Part shown: in pieces, positions 10,023 through 24,118 of the stretch
Layout: each line of letters opens with the position of its first letter
Numbering within the stretch: the first letter of the stretch is position 1
Origin: Aquificaceae bacterium
Lineage (GTDB): Bacteria; Aquificota; Aquificia; Aquificales; Aquificaceae
NCBI GenBank assembly: GCA_037925075.1
Contig: JAXSNR010000001.1
Span: forward strand, 804,330-868,329
Length of the DNA stretch: 64,000 bases
Direction of reading: 5' to 3'
Position numbers and translations under genes: made by a program
The notes under the pieces: generated by a model
The model's input: only the letters and a program-made list of their open reading frames with translations
The model's database searches: none
Told to the model about the DNA's origin: nothing

Positions 10023-11227
10023 TAAAGCATAAGCTTTACACACCGCCAGATGAAAAGGGGTACTTTGGAGAGTTTGGAGGAAGGTTTGTACCCGAGACTC
10101 TCATGTACGCCCTTGAGGAGCTCACAGATGCCTACCTTAAGGTAAAAGAAGACCCCTACTTTTGGGAGGAGCTAAACTACTACCTTAAAAACTTTGCGGG
10201 AAGACCTACACCCCTTTACTTTGCGGAAAGACTCACCCAGTATGCGGGTGGTGCAAAGATATACATAAAGAGGGAGGACCTTTTACATACGGGAGCCCAC
10301 AAGATAAACAACACCCTTGGTCAGGCTCTTCTTGCGAAAAGGATGGGAAAGAAAAGGATAATAGCGGAGACGGGAGCGGGCCAGCATGGAGTGGCAACCG
10401 CCACAGCCTGTGCCCTTCTTGGGCTTGAATGCGTGGTTTATATGGGAGAAGAGGATGCGGAACGTCAAAAACTCAATGTTTTCAGGATGAAGCTTTTGGG
10501 TGCGGAAGTGCGTGTGGTAAAAAGTGGCTCAAAAACCCTTAAGGACGCCATAAACGAAGCCCTAAGGGACTGGGTCACCAACGTGGAAAACACCCACTAC
10601 ATCATAGGCTCCGTGGTAGGACCCCATCCCTTTCCTATGATGGTAAGGGACTTTCAAAAGGTCATAGGTGAAGAGGCAAAGGAACAGATTCTTGAAAGGG
10701 AAGGAAGGCTTCCCCATGTGGTTGTCGCCTGCGTTGGTGGAGGCTCAAACGCCATGGGTATTTTTTATCCCTTTGTGGAGCATAGGGAAGTAAGGCTTAT
10801 AGGGGTTGAAGCGGGTGGTCTTGGATTGCACACGGGCAAGCATGCAAGCTCCATAAACGGTGGCTCTGTGGGAGTTTTACATGGCATGAAGTCCTACTTT
10901 TTGCAAGACGAAGAGGGACAGATCCAGCCCACCCATTCCATCTCCGCAGGGCTTGACTATCCCGGTGTGGGACCAGAACATGCATACCTCTTCAAAAGCG
11001 GAAGAGCCAAGTACATCTACGCGACCGATGAGGAAGCCCTTGAAGGTTTTAAGTTACTTTCAAGGCTTGAAGGCATAATACCAGCCCTTGAGCCAGCCCA
11101 TGCGGTTTTGAAGGTGGTAGACTTAGCCAAAGAGCTTGGGAGGGATGGTATAGTGCTTTTCAACCTCTCGGGAAGAGGTGATAAGGATATGATGCATGTG
11201 ATGGGATATATTAAAGGTATGCTATAA
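10019..11227 (+). CDS. trpB: Tryptophan synthase beta subunit
   Basis: [52 protein letters not shown]. Confidence 0.97.
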   Translation: MIKHKLYTPPDEKGYFGEFGGRFVPETLMYALEELTDAYLKVKEDPYFWEELNYYLKNFAGRPTPLYFAERLTQYAGGAKIYIKREDLLHTGAHKINNTLGQALLAKRMGKKRIIAETGAGQHGVATATACALLGLECVVYMGEEDAERQKLNVFRMKLLGAEVRVVKSGSKTLKDAINEALRDWVTNVENTHYIIGSVVGPHPFPMMVRDFQKVIGEEAKEQILEREGRLPHVVVACVGGGSNAMGIFYPFVEHREVRLIGVEAGGLGLHTGKHASSINGGSVGVLHGMKSYFLQDEEGQIQPTHSISAGLDYPGVGPEHAYLFKSGRAKYIYATDEEALEGFKLLSRLEGIIPALEPAHAVLKVVDLAKELGRDGIVLFNLSGRGDKDMMHVMGYIKGML

Positions 11228-11234
11228 TATCTTC

Positions 11235-14292
<3,058 letters not shown>

Positions 14293-14301
14293 ATTCTCTA
14301 C

Positions 14302-14330
14302 TTGACAACTTAATTTTGGGATTGTATATT
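14302..14330 (+). promoter_or_regulatory. Sigma70-type promoter of feoAB
   Basis: TTGACA (14302-14307), 17-nt spacer, TATATT (14325-14330); GGAGG RBS before feoA. Confidence 0.75.
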
Positions 14331-14360
14331 AATTTCTAAATCTTTTTCTGGAGGTAAGCT

Positions 14361-14573
14361 ATGAACCTTGAAGAGGTGAAGCCCGGGCAAGAGGTGACAA
14401 TCCTTGGTTTGAGCGGAAAAGAGGAGGTGCTGGAGAAGGTAAAAGCTATGGGTCTCAGAAGGGGTAGGAGGGTGTCCCTTTTGCAGAGGGTGGGAAGAAA
14501 CCTTCTTTTAAAGGTGGACAATTCAAGGATAGTCATAAGCAGGGATCTGGCAAAAGGTATAGAGGTTCAATGA
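14361..14573 (+). CDS. feoA: Ferrous iron transport protein A
   Basis: 70 aa, AMGLRRG...ISRDLAKGIEV FeoA pattern; ATGA overlap with feoB. Confidence 0.9.
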   Translation: MNLEEVKPGQEVTILGLSGKEEVLEKVKAMGLRRGRRVSLLQRVGRNLLLKVDNSRIVISRDLAKGIEVQ

Positions 14574-16642
14574 AAAGCATCAAGGTGGCACTTGCGGGCA
14601 ATCCCAATGTAGGGAAGACGAGCCTTCTTAACCATATTGCGGGCACAAGCCTTAAAGTAGGCAACTGGCCTGGAGTGACGGTGGAAAAGAGGGAAGGAAA
14701 GGTAAAGTTTTGGGACTATGAGATAAACCTTGTGGACCTTCCCGGTATATACACCCTCGAGCCTATTTCAGAAGATGAGTGGATCGCTTACAACTACATA
14801 AGACAGGAAAAACCGGATTTGATACTCAATATCATAGAAACACCCAACATGGAAAGGGACCTACTTTTGACGGTGGAGCTTCTTGAGCATGAGGTCCCTC
14901 TGATCATTGTTCTCAACATGATAGATGAAGCCCAAAAGTTAGGGATAGAGGTCAATGACCGTTGGCTTTCCGAACTGCTTGGTGTGAGAGTTTTAAAGAC
15001 CAATGGAAGGACCGGCGAAGGTGTAAAGGCTTTGCTTCCTAACATAGTGGAGGTTTTTAATTCAAAGGAAAAGCCCAAAAGCCTTAGATACAGTAAAGAA
15101 TTAGAAGAGCTTCTTGAGAAGGTTAGGGAAAAGGGTGATGAGACAAAGGCGGAGCTCATAAGAAAGCTACTTTACAGAGAAGACCTTAAGGAACTCAGAG
15201 AAAACCTAAAAAGGGTCTTTGGGAAGGAGGTTCATGAATTGATTAAGGATGAAAGGTACGCAAAGGCTCACGGGCTTTACAAAGAAGTAGTTTCAAAAAA
15301 GCCACTAACCGCAAGGGACATAACGGACTCCCTCGATAAGGTTCTTCTTCATCCCACCTTTGGCATACCCATCTTTTTCCTTCTTATGTTCCTGCTTTTT
15401 AAGCTTTCCTTTGACTTTTCTAAACCCTTTATGGACTGGGTGGACGGCTTTATAAACGATTTTGTGGCTCCGTTGGTTTCTCTGCTTATTTCTTCCCTTG
15501 GGGCGGGTGATTGGGTTCAAAGACTCTTTTCAGAGGCTGTGGTAGGTGGTGTGGGCTTTGTGCTTACCTTTGTCCCTCTCATTGCGGTCATATACTTTTT
15601 GCTGGCTCTTATGGAATTTTCGGGCTACCTTCCTAGGGTTGCCTTTCTTATGGACAGGCTCATGCACAGGCTTGGGCTTCATGGCAAGAGCTTGGTTCCC
15701 CTTCTCCTTGGTTTTGGATGTAATGTACCAGCCATAGTTGCCACAAGGGCCTTGGAAACAAAAAGGGACAAACTGCTTGTGATAGCCATGATCCCCTTTA
15801 TGAGCTGTCCCGCGAGGCTTGTGGTCTTTTCCTTCTTTGCGGTTCTCTTTTTCAAAAACCCGGCAATTATTATATTTTTTCTCTACCTTCTGGGTATCCT
15901 AATTGCCTTTCTGACCGCATTTTCTCTAAGGAAAACCATCTTTAGAGGAAATATTTACCACTTTGTTATGGAGCTACCGCCATACAGACTTCCCACCTTG
16001 AGGCTTCTTTTTAAGGTGGTTTGGGTTTATGTGCGTGATTTCCTATACAGGGCAGGGACCCTTATATTTGCCGCATCGGTTTTTATATGGCTTTTGCTAA
16101 ACATTCCACCGGGAGTTAAAAACCCTTCCGAAAGCATTGCTGGATATGTGGGAAAAGCCATAGCACCCCTTTTTAAGCCCTTGGGTTTAGAAGATTGGAG
16201 GATTGCCACATCCCTGATACCAGCCTTCCTTGCCAGAGAGATAGTGCTAAGCTCCATGGGTACCATATACTCCGCGGAGGTTGATAAGGAAGAAAAGGAA
16301 TTTTCCTTTTCGGAGGCTTTAAGGGAACAGGTTTATGGGCTTGGGAAGGCTCTAAAGGATGCGGTCCTTAACACCTTCAAACCCGTGCCAAGTGCCTTTG
16401 AAGTAGAAGAGGAAGGGACAGACAGCTTGAGGGCTTTGGTATCACAAAGTCTATCTCCAGCGTCCGCTTTGGCTTTCATGGTTTTTCTTCTGTTATACAC
16501 TTCCTGTCTTGGAACAGTGGCTATAATGTGGAAGGAGGTGGGAAGGCGCTTTGCTATTGTCTTTCTTGCCTACAGCTTACTTCTCGGTTGGCTTTTGGGC
16601 ACGCTTGCCTACAGAATAGGAGGTGTATTATGGAATACTTAG
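14570..16642 (+). CDS. feoB: Ferrous iron transporter B
   Basis: GNPNVGKT, GNWPGVTVE, DLPGIY, NMID, GFGCNVP, MSCPARL, ELPPYRLP. Confidence 0.97.
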   Translation: MKSIKVALAGNPNVGKTSLLNHIAGTSLKVGNWPGVTVEKREGKVKFWDYEINLVDLPGIYTLEPISEDEWIAYNYIRQEKPDLILNIIETPNMERDLLLTVELLEHEVPLIIVLNMIDEAQKLGIEVNDRWLSELLGVRVLKTNGRTGEGVKALLPNIVEVFNSKEKPKSLRYSKELEELLEKVREKGDETKAELIRKLLYREDLKELRENLKRVFGKEVHELIKDERYAKAHGLYKEVVSKKPLTARDITDSLDKVLLHPTFGIPIFFLLMFLLFKLSFDFSKPFMDWVDGFINDFVAPLVSLLISSLGAGDWVQRLFSEAVVGGVGFVLTFVPLIAVIYFLLALMEFSGYLPRVAFLMDRLMHRLGLHGKSLVPLLLGFGCNVPAIVATRALETKRDKLLVIAMIPFMSCPARLVVFSFFAVLFFKNPAIIIFFLYLLGILIAFLTAFSLRKTIFRGNIYHFVMELPPYRLPTLRLLFKVVWVYVRDFLYRAGTLIFAASVFIWLLLNIPPGVKNPSESIAGYVGKAIAPLFKPLGLEDWRIATSLIPAFLAREIVLSSMGTIYSAEVDKEEKEFSFSEALREQVYGLGKALKDAVLNTFKPVPSAFEVEEEGTDSLRALVSQSLSPASALAFMVFLLLYTSCLGTVAIMWKEVGRRFAIVFLAYSLLLGWLLGTLAYRIGGVLWNT

Positions 16643-16716
16643 GGGTACTTATTGTAATAATTTTCTTGCTTTACCTTTGGCATAGGGGCAAAAGAAACTC
16701 GTGCTGTGGCTATTGA
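16630..16716 (+). CDS. Putative FeoB-associated Cys-rich membrane peptide (28 aa)
   Basis: MEYLGVLIVIIFLLYLWHRGKRNSCCGY: one TM helix, a basic patch and CC; AGGAGG RBS just upstream; overlaps the feoB end. Confidence 0.65.
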   Translation: MEYLGVLIVIIFLLYLWHRGKRNSCCGY

Positions 16717-16737
16717 TTAGAGATTATAATTTTAACC

Positions 16738-19539
16738 ATGGTGGAATGGCTTGTTAAAAAGCTTCTTGGTACAAAAAGCGAGAGAGAGGTAAAGAGGCTA
16801 AAGAAGGTAGTTCAGAGGATAACTCAAAAGGAAAAGGAGCTGGACCTACTTTCAAACAAGGAAATAAGGCTTATGGCTCAAGAGCTTCGGCAGAAAATTC
16901 TACAAGATGAAGAACTTAAACAAAAGATTATTCAAGGTAAGATAACGGAGGAGGTGGAGCTTGCCTTTGCCCTTGTGAGAGAAGCGGGTAAAAGGACTTT
17001 GGGGCTTAGGTTTTTTGATGTCCAGCTCATAGGTGGGCTTGTGCTTCATGAAGGTAAGATCGCAGAGATGAAAACGGGCGAGGGTAAAACCCTTGTGGCT
17101 ACCTCCGCGGTGGTAATAAACGCTATGACCGATGAAGGTGTTCATGTGGTCACCGTCAATGACTACCTTGCAAGGAGGGATGCCCAATGGATGGGCCCCA
17201 TATACCTTTTGTTAGGTCTTGATGTGGGTGTTATAAACTCTGACTATAGCACCTACAAAGTGGAATGGGCAGACACAGAGCTTGCGGAAAGGGCAATAGA
17301 GGAAGACTGGAGGGTGTGGCCACAGGGCTACTTTGAGGAAACCCTTCCTTCAGACCTTATAAAGGTGCAGGCAAAGAAGGCCTTTTATGCCAGGCTTACA
17401 CCTTGCGGTAGAAGACAGGCTTACGAATGTAGTATAACATACGGCACCAACAACGAGTTTGGTTTTGACTATCTGAGGGACAACATGGCTTTTTCCCTTG
17501 AGGAAATAGTGCAGGTAAAGGGGCATAACTTTGCCATAGTGGACGAAGTGGACTCCATACTCATAGACGAGGCAAGGACCCCCCTTATCATCTCAGGTGT
17601 TGCGGAAATGGACACTTCTGTCTACTACAAGGCGGATGAGGTGGTAAGAAGGCTTGTAAAGGACGAGGATTTTACCGTTGATGAGAAAAACAGAACTGTC
17701 CAGCTTACAGAACAGGGCATAAAAAGGATAGAAGAGTTAGCAAACATAGAAAACCTATACGACATAAGGCACATAGACCTTCTCCATGCCATAAATCAAG
17801 CCCTTAGAGCCCACACCCTTTTTAAAAGGGATGTGCATTACATAGTGAGAGATAATGAAGTCCTGATAGTGGATGAGTTTACTGGTCGCGTGCTTCCCGG
17901 TAGGCGGTGGAGCGATGGGCTTCATCAGGCAATAGAGGTCAAAGAGGGCGTTCCCATACAGAAAGAAAACCAGACCCTTGCCACCATAACCTTTCAGAAC
18001 TACTTCAAGCTTTACAGAAAACTCTCAGGTATGACGGGCACCGCAGAAACGGAAGCCCTTGAGTTTAAGGAGATATACGGTCTTGAGGTGGTTGTAGTCC
18101 CAACCCACAGGCCCATGAGAAGAAAAGACCATCCGGATATGGTATACAAGACGAAGAAAGAAAAGTGGCATGCGGTGGTAGAGGTCATCAAAAGGGAGCA
18201 TTCAAGGGGCAGACCCATCCTTGTGGGAACCGTTTCCATAGAGGATTCTGAGCATCTTTCAAGGCTTTTGCAAAAGGAAGGGATCCCTCACAATGTTTTA
18301 AACGCCAAGCAACACGAAAGGGAGGCTGAGATCATAGCTCAGGCGGGTAGGTTGGGTGCGGTCACCATATCCACCAACATGGCAGGAAGAGGAACGGACA
18401 TCTTACTTGGTGGAAACCCAGAATACCTTGCAAGGGAAATGCTAAAGTCTAAGGGCAGAGCTGTAGAAGAGGCAACAGAAGAGGAGTGGAAAGAAGCCTT
18501 AGAAAAGGCGTACAGGATAACGGAAGAAGAAAAGAAAAAGGTGGTGGAGCTTGGGGGGCTACTCGTTATAGGTACGGAAAGGCATGAATCAAGGCGGATA
18601 GACAACCAGCTAAGGGGTAGAGCGGGAAGGCAGGGAGACCCTGGAGAGTCTCGCTTCGTCCTTTCTCTTGAGGATGACCTTATGAGGATATTTGGTGGTG
18701 ATAGGGTAAAGAAGCTTATGGAAATACTCAAGATTCCAGAAGGAGAGCCTATAGAAAGTGGTATGGTTACAAAGGCAATACAAAATGCCCAGAAGAGGGT
18801 GGAAGCCCAGAACTTCCAGATAAGGAAAAGGCTCCTTGAGTACGACATGGTGATGAACACCCAAAGGCTCACCGTATATTCCATAAGGAGAGACCTCCTT
18901 GAGTCCAAGGGGCTTGAGGAATACTTGCAAGAGTTTGTACATGACCTTATGGAGCAAAAGGTAGGAGAGCTTATAGAGGGAGAAGAGCCGGAGCTTTGGG
19001 ACCTTGAACCTTTGAGGAACTACCTAAGGGAGACAACAGGTCAAGATATGGAAATTCCTCCCGCGAGGGATAGAGAAGAACTGATAAACCTTCTTTCGGA
19101 GAAGCTCTACGAGCTAACCATAAAAAGAAGGGAAGAGATAGGAGAGAAAATTTTCTCAGAGCTTCTGAAGATAGTTATGCTTTCAAACCTTGACCACCTT
19201 TGGAGAGAGCACCTTCATACCATGGACAGGCTCAGAGAAAGCATATACCTAAGGGGCTACGCCTCAAAGGACCCTCTTGTGGAATACAAAAAAGAGGCCT
19301 TTTACCTCTTTGAGGACATGCTTTCAATGTTTAGAGAAAGGACCATATGGGACCTCCTGCACATGCAGGTAAGGACTCAGGAAGAGGTGGAAGAGGAGCT
19401 CAAAAGGGAAGAGCAAGAAAGGGACAAGCTTCTAAGTATGGCGGTCTTTAGTGGTGTGGAAGGTAAGGCAGACCAAGGTCAAAAGGGCCCTAAGAGGAAG
19501 ACTCTAAAGGAGCGTCTTCAGGCAAAGAGGAAGAGATAG
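16738..19539 (+). CDS. secA: Preprotein translocase ATPase SecA
   Basis: EMKTGEGKT, DEVDSILIDEARTPLIISG, TNMAGRGTDI, QLRGRAGRQGDPG. Confidence 0.98.
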   Translation: MVEWLVKKLLGTKSEREVKRLKKVVQRITQKEKELDLLSNKEIRLMAQELRQKILQDEELKQKIIQGKITEEVELAFALVREAGKRTLGLRFFDVQLIGGLVLHEGKIAEMKTGEGKTLVATSAVVINAMTDEGVHVVTVNDYLARRDAQWMGPIYLLLGLDVGVINSDYSTYKVEWADTELAERAIEEDWRVWPQGYFEETLPSDLIKVQAKKAFYARLTPCGRRQAYECSITYGTNNEFGFDYLRDNMAFSLEEIVQVKGHNFAIVDEVDSILIDEARTPLIISGVAEMDTSVYYKADEVVRRLVKDEDFTVDEKNRTVQLTEQGIKRIEELANIENLYDIRHIDLLHAINQALRAHTLFKRDVHYIVRDNEVLIVDEFTGRVLPGRRWSDGLHQAIEVKEGVPIQKENQTLATITFQNYFKLYRKLSGMTGTAETEALEFKEIYGLEVVVVPTHRPMRRKDHPDMVYKTKKEKWHAVVEVIKREHSRGRPILVGTVSIEDSEHLSRLLQKEGIPHNVLNAKQHEREAEIIAQAGRLGAVTISTNMAGRGTDILLGGNPEYLAREMLKSKGRAVEEATEEEWKEALEKAYRITEEEKKKVVELGGLLVIGTERHESRRIDNQLRGRAGRQGDPGESRFVLSLEDDLMRIFGGDRVKKLMEILKIPEGEPIESGMVTKAIQNAQKRVEAQNFQIRKRLLEYDMVMNTQRLTVYSIRRDLLESKGLEEYLQEFVHDLMEQKVGELIEGEEPELWDLEPLRNYLRETTGQDMEIPPARDREELINLLSEKLYELTIKRREEIGEKIFSELLKIVMLSNLDHLWREHLHTMDRLRESIYLRGYASKDPLVEYKKEAFYLFEDMLSMFRERTIWDLLHMQVRTQEEVEEELKREEQERDKLLSMAVFSGVEGKADQGQKGPKRKTLKERLQAKRKR

Positions 19540-20152
19540 GGCTTAGCTCCAAGTAGGCTTTGAGTATTTCTTTGAAGGGTATATTACCTTCTCTTATTAG
19601 CCTGATACCCTTAGGGTAGAGTGCCCTGACTATGGTTGAGGGCTTGCCCTCTCTCGTACCACCATCCACATAAAGGTCAACGCTGTCTCCAAAATAGTCC
19701 ATTGCCTCTTCTATAGTGGTCGCAGGCTTTTGACCCTCTGGGTTCGCACTGGGTGCCACCAAGGGTGACCTTAAAAGCACAAAAAGCTCGTAAACATGGC
19801 TGTTAAAGTAGGGTATCCTCACCGCAAGGCTCTTCCTTCCGCGCGTGAGGTAAAGGGGTAAGGTGTTTTTCTTATAGAAGACAAAGGTGGCACTAAACCT
19901 CAGCATAAGGCTCTTGTGAATATAGCTAGCCATAAGGCCAAGGTCCTCAAGCCAGTAGACATCATTTACGAGAAGAAGAAAGGGCCTACCAGAGGGTCTT
20001 CTTATGGAATAGAGCCTTTCTACCGCCTTCCTATCAAAAGCCAAGGCCAAAAGCCCGTATATGGTATCTGTAGGGAAGCATACTATCTTGCCCTTTTCGA
20101 GAGCTTTCACCACCTCAATGAGGTTGATCCTCGTAAGCTCTATAACCTTCAA
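19490..20152 (-). CDS. tsaC: L-threonylcarbamoyladenylate synthase (TsaC/YrdC/Sua5)
   Basis: [30 protein letters not shown]; likely TTG start at 20152 overlapping the thrC stop. Confidence 0.88.
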   Translation of the reverse strand: MKVIELTRINLIEVVKALEKGKIVCFPTDTIYGLLALAFDRKAVERLYSIRRPSGRPFLLLVNDVYWLEDLGLMASYIHKSLMLRFSATFVFYKKNTLPLYLTRGRKSLAVRIPYFNSHVYELFVLLRSPLVAPSANPEGQKPATTIEEAMDYFGDSVDLYVDGGTREGKPSTIVRALYPKGIRLIREGNIPFKEILKAYLELSPISSSLPEDAPLESSS

Positions 20153-21207
20153 AGTTCTATTACTTCCATAACCCTTTCCACATCTGGTGGTAGTGTTATG
20201 GGCTGTTCGCAAACCTTCATGGCAGTGTCCGGGTCCTTTAGCCCGTTTCCCGTAAGGGTGCATACCACCGTCTCGCCACCTTTGAAAAAGCCTTCTCTTG
20301 TAAGCTTTATAAGCCCTGCAATGGACGCTGCGGAGGCAGGCTCGCAAAATACACCCTCGGTGGAGGCGACCAGTTTATAAGCATAGAGTATCTCCTCGTC
20401 GCTTACCGCGTCTATAAGCCCACCAGACTCGTGCATTGCTTGAAGTGCGGACTGCCAGCTGTATGGGTTCCCTATCCTTATGGCGGTGGCTATGGTCTGG
20501 GGGTTTCTTATAGGGTAGCCCTTCACTATGGGAGCTGAGCCCTCAGCCTGCCAGCCCATCATCTTGGGAAGATTACTCACCTTGCCCGCCCTGTGGTATT
20601 CCTTGTACCCCTTCCAGTAGGCGGTTATGTTTCCTGCGTTGCCCACGGGTATAAAGTGGTAGTCTGGAGCCCTGCCAAGGGCATCACAAACCTCAAAGGC
20701 ACCGGTTTTTTGTCCTTCTATCCTATAAGGGTTCACAGAATTAACGATCTCAACGGGCAAAAGCTCGCCTATTTTTCTCACAATGTAAAGGGCATCATCA
20801 AAGTTGCCTTGAATGGCTACTACTCTGGCACCGTATATGACAGCCTGAGAGAGCTTGCCAAGAGCCACCGCTCCCTTTGGAAGCAAAACAAAAGCTTTTA
20901 GGCCAGCCTTTGCCGCATAGGCGGCTGCGGAAGCAGAGGTGTTGCCGGTGGAGGCACATATTACAGCCTTCTTGCCTGCCTCTACCGCCTTAGAAATAGC
21001 CACCGTCATCCCTCTGTCTTTAAAAGAGCCTGTAGGGTTAAGCCCCTCATACTTGAGAAACACATCCCCCTTAAACCCTATTGCCTTGGCAAGATTTTCT
21101 GCGTAGATCAGTGGAGTGTTTCCCTCACAGAGGGTTATTACAGGGGTGTTCTCATCTACGGGAAGAAACTCCTTGTACTTGTTTATTATACCTCGCCAGT
21201 AGCTCAT
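20149..21207 (-). CDS. thrC: Threonine synthase
   Basis: [41 protein letters not shown]; start MSYWRG at 21207. Confidence 0.96.
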   Translation of the reverse strand: MSYWRGIINKYKEFLPVDENTPVITLCEGNTPLIYAENLAKAIGFKGDVFLKYEGLNPTGSFKDRGMTVAISKAVEAGKKAVICASTGNTSASAAAYAAKAGLKAFVLLPKGAVALGKLSQAVIYGARVVAIQGNFDDALYIVRKIGELLPVEIVNSVNPYRIEGQKTGAFEVCDALGRAPDYHFIPVGNAGNITAYWKGYKEYHRAGKVSNLPKMMGWQAEGSAPIVKGYPIRNPQTIATAIRIGNPYSWQSALQAMHESGGLIDAVSDEEILYAYKLVASTEGVFCEPASAASIAGLIKLTREGFFKGGETVVCTLTGNGLKDPDTAMKVCEQPITLPPDVERVMEVIEL

Positions 21208-21242
21208 AACTCCGAGGGAAATATTATAATTTAATACTCGCA

Positions 21243-21325
<83 letters not shown>

Positions 21326-21334
21326 TAACTTGCC

Positions 21335-21868
21335 ATGATACTGAGCGATAGAAGTATAAAGGAGCTGATCAGAAAAGGTAGGCTTGTGATAGAGCCTTAT
21401 GTGGAAGAAAATGTACAGGCCTCCTCGGTGGACCTGACCTTAGGAGGTGAGCTTCTCTTCTACAGGTCTGAGTGTATAGACCTAAAAAGCCACCACGTAC
21501 CAGTGGAGAGACTAACCATCCCTGAGGAAGGCTTTCTTATACCCCCAAAGGCTTTTCTTTTGGCAACCACGGAGGAATACATAAAACTTCCAGAAGATAT
21601 TACCGCCTTTGTGGAGGGTAGGTCCTCCTTGGGAAGGCTTGGGCTTTTTATAGAGAACGCAGGATGGGTGGATGCGGGCTTTGAAGGACAGATAACACTT
21701 GAGCTTTACAACGCCAACAACTGCCCCATACGCATATACAAAGGCGTCCGAATATGCCAGATAGTTCTGGCAAGGCTTGATGGGAAAGCAGAAAAGCCTT
21801 ACAGGGGTAAATATCAGGGGCAGAGGGGGGCTACGCCTTCAAGGGTTTACATGGATTTTTATTCATAG
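21335..21868 (+). CDS. dcd: dCTP deaminase
   Basis: [43 protein letters not shown]. Confidence 0.95.
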   Translation: MILSDRSIKELIRKGRLVIEPYVEENVQASSVDLTLGGELLFYRSECIDLKSHHVPVERLTIPEEGFLIPPKAFLLATTEEYIKLPEDITAFVEGRSSLGRLGLFIENAGWVDAGFEGQITLELYNANNCPIRIYKGVRICQIVLARLDGKAEKPYRGKYQGQRGATPSRVYMDFYS

Positions 21869-22236
21869 AGCAGGTCAATGGGCTTCCTGCCAGCAAAGCC
21901 CTCATCAAGCTCGTGCCAGTACATGAGCGTATCTTCGTCCTCCTTCCAGCAAAGCCATATGTAGCGGTTCTGATGAAAGGATAAAAAGTCCACAAGGATT
22001 GGGTCTATTCCCTTGATAACACCACCCAGAGCCTCTATCTTCTGAAAGAGCCTTCTTATCTCTATGTCAAGGTCTTTTATATGGCTCTGAAGATAGAGCC
22101 TTTCAAGCTCATCATCCTCTTCTTCAAGCCTTGTGAGGCAAGAGTGTAGCTCTTCCCTTTTTGTGTTTATTTCTTCGACTATTGGCTTTATGACTGCTAT
22201 AAGGTCCCTTGCGGTGTCTATATCAAAGACCTTCAT
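21859..22236 (-). CDS. DUF2203 family protein
   Basis: GVIKGIDPILVDF...LCWKEDE...YWHELDEGFAGRKPI pattern. Confidence 0.8.
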   Translation of the reverse strand: MKVFDIDTARDLIAVIKPIVEEINTKREELHSCLTRLEEEDDELERLYLQSHIKDLDIEIRRLFQKIEALGGVIKGIDPILVDFLSFHQNRYIWLCWKEDEDTLMYWHELDEGFAGRKPIDLLYE

Positions 22237-22247
22237 GCTTGATAAAT

Positions 22248-23258
22248 TTAGTGTAAAAAGACGGTTGAGCAACAGTTAGGTGATACAACAGGGTTCAGTC
22301 CAAGGCTTTTTGCGTAGGTGAAAATACCTTCTGCAGGAAAGGTTATACCGTTCACGCCAGCATAAAGAGAATACAGGTCAAACTTTATCCTCTCTGGTCC
22401 AGCAGGTCTTGCACAGCCTATTACCACCGGCCTTTTGGGCAGGGCTTTTCTTGCGTGCAAAACAACCATGGCGCTTTCTTCGGGCTTTGGTGGAGGCAAA
22501 AGCTGAAAGCGGGCCTTGCCATAATAGGGCATAACCACCACCATAACGAGGGCGGACGGGTCAAACTGTGCGACCATGTCTATAGCTCTGTATTCACCCC
22601 TTATCTGCCCGTAGTGTAAGCCTATTATCACATGTGGAACTATGTTATGTCCAGCTTCCTTTAAAAGCCTTAAAGACTCTTCGTAATCTTTAGTGCTTTT
22701 GTGGGGTAGTTTGTAAACCTCCGCTATGGTCTGGTCATCACCTATTACATCAAGAAGGACCGCATCCACTTGAGCTTCTTTAAGACCTTCCGCAAGAGCT
22801 ACATCCACCAAGCCCACGTGACAGCTTACAAACATGCCCAGCTCTTCCTTTATCCTTCTCATAGTCCTTAGAAAAGGATAAAGCTCCACAACACCGTCCT
22901 TGTTGGAACCTCCCGATATTAGAAGCCCATCCACACCCTTTTCTTTTAGCTCCTGAGCGACCTTCCAAAGCTCCTCGGGAGTTGTGGCAGGTATCATATG
23001 CCATAGTATCTTTGAGGCACAGTGATCACACATAAGCTCGCAGTTTTTCCCAGTTATGGATATATCCACAAACTTTGGACCAGTTTTTATGGAAAAGTCC
23101 TCCACCTCGTAGTGCTTAAAGCCGGGACTGTGAAAAAGTATATCCCTCCCAAAGTTTTCAAGTCTTATCTGAAAACCTTCAGAAAGCTCCTCAAGAAGGC
23201 ACTTGTCTAATTCTATATCTTCGAGGGAGGGATGGGTTAGCCCATCCCTCAAGCTCAT
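22248..23258 (-). CDS. lipS1: Radical SAM lipoyl synthase subunit LipS1-like
   Basis: ISITGKNCELMCDHC (CxxxCxxC), GCARP and C-terminal CC motifs; directly downstream of lbpA in the sHdr cluster. Confidence 0.8.
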   Translation of the reverse strand: MSLRDGLTHPSLEDIELDKCLLEELSEGFQIRLENFGRDILFHSPGFKHYEVEDFSIKTGPKFVDISITGKNCELMCDHCASKILWHMIPATTPEELWKVAQELKEKGVDGLLISGGSNKDGVVELYPFLRTMRRIKEELGMFVSCHVGLVDVALAEGLKEAQVDAVLLDVIGDDQTIAEVYKLPHKSTKDYEESLRLLKEAGHNIVPHVIIGLHYGQIRGEYRAIDMVAQFDPSALVMVVVMPYYGKARFQLLPPPKPEESAMVVLHARKALPKRPVVIGCARPAGPERIKFDLYSLYAGVNGITFPAEGIFTYAKSLGLNPVVSPNCCSTVFLH

Positions 23259-23704
23259 TATCCGCACTTTATGCCCTTTTCGTTTATGACCTTTGTGAGG
23301 GCATCCACTGCAGCCTGACCCTTTAAAAGGTTATTTACTTCCTCAGGGTTAGTGGGCTTTATTTTTGCTATCCAGCCTGCACCGTAAGGGTCATCGTTTG
23401 CCAAAGCGGGGTTGCCCTTAAGGGCTTCGTTTATCTCCACTACCTCTCCTGTCAGAGGTGTGGGAACCGGTCCGACCCACTTACCGCTTTCGATGGTGGC
23501 GATGCTCTTACGCCTTTCTATAACCTTTCCAGCTTTTTTTGGGGTGTAGGCTACCAGCCTTCCTGCCATAGCGGCAGCCACGGAGGTTAAACCAACGGTG
23601 TATGTGCCATCACCGTTGTCCTTTGCCCAGGTGAAGGCGTTTGCCTCTGGGTCCACATCGTACAAAAGGTCTTCTGGTATGTTGCAACCGTTGACTGTTG
23701 CCAT
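23258..23704 (-). CDS. lbpA2: Lipoate-binding protein LbpA (GcvH-like), copy 2
   Basis: IESGKWVG lipoyl-lysine motif, NDDPYGAGW; sHdr context. Confidence 0.85.
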   Translation of the reverse strand: MATVNGCNIPEDLLYDVDPEANAFTWAKDNGDGTYTVGLTSVAAAMAGRLVAYTPKKAGKVIERRKSIATIESGKWVGPVPTPLTGEVVEINEALKGNPALANDDPYGAGWIAKIKPTNPEEVNNLLKGQAAVDALTKVINEKGIKCG

Positions 23705-23728
23705 GCTTTACCCTCCTTTATAGAAATT

Positions 23729-24118
23729 TTAAAAGGTTAGCACCTTATCAGCTTCCATAGCCCTGAGAGCAAACTCACTGGCGGGAACGATCCCATCCAG
23801 CTCTGGTATAAGGTCTTCGGGCTTATAGCCCAAGGAGTCTATGGCCTGCTTACAGGAATAAAACTTTACTCCAGCCTGCTTGGCATCCTTCATAAAGTCA
23901 TAAACCGTTTTTAGCTTTTTGCCGTTGGGAGAAAGACAGTTGGGCTCCGCGGGTATGATTCTTTCCGCCACGCCCCTTTTCAATAGCTTTGTGCCGTCCA
24001 TGTTAAAAAACATCTCCACCTCCGCCTCGTTGGCGGACATTAGGGCTGCAATATAAAAGGGTGAGGCACATCTCCATGGAGTTTTTGGACCGCTGGTCAT
24101 AAGTATGACCACCTTCAT
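23729..24118 (-). CDS. DsrE3-family sulfurtransferase
   Basis: RCASPFYIA...EMFFNMDG...GVKFYSC DsrE-fold pattern. Confidence 0.8.
   Translation of the reverse strand: MKVVILMTSGPKTPWRCASPFYIAALMSANEAEVEMFFNMDGTKLLKRGVAERIIPAEPNCLSPNGKKLKTVYDFMKDAKQAGVKFYSCKQAIDSLGYKPEDLIPELDGIVPASEFALRAMEADKVLTF

Noticed and set aside
14302..14345. Fur box at the feoAB promoter
   Set aside because: The region is AT-rich, but I found no convincing dyad like those at 46271 and 47243.
20153..20347. N-terminal extension of tsaC in the ORF track
   Set aside because: It is an out-of-frame overlap with thrC; TTG at 20152 gives a normal-length protein coupled to the thrC stop.
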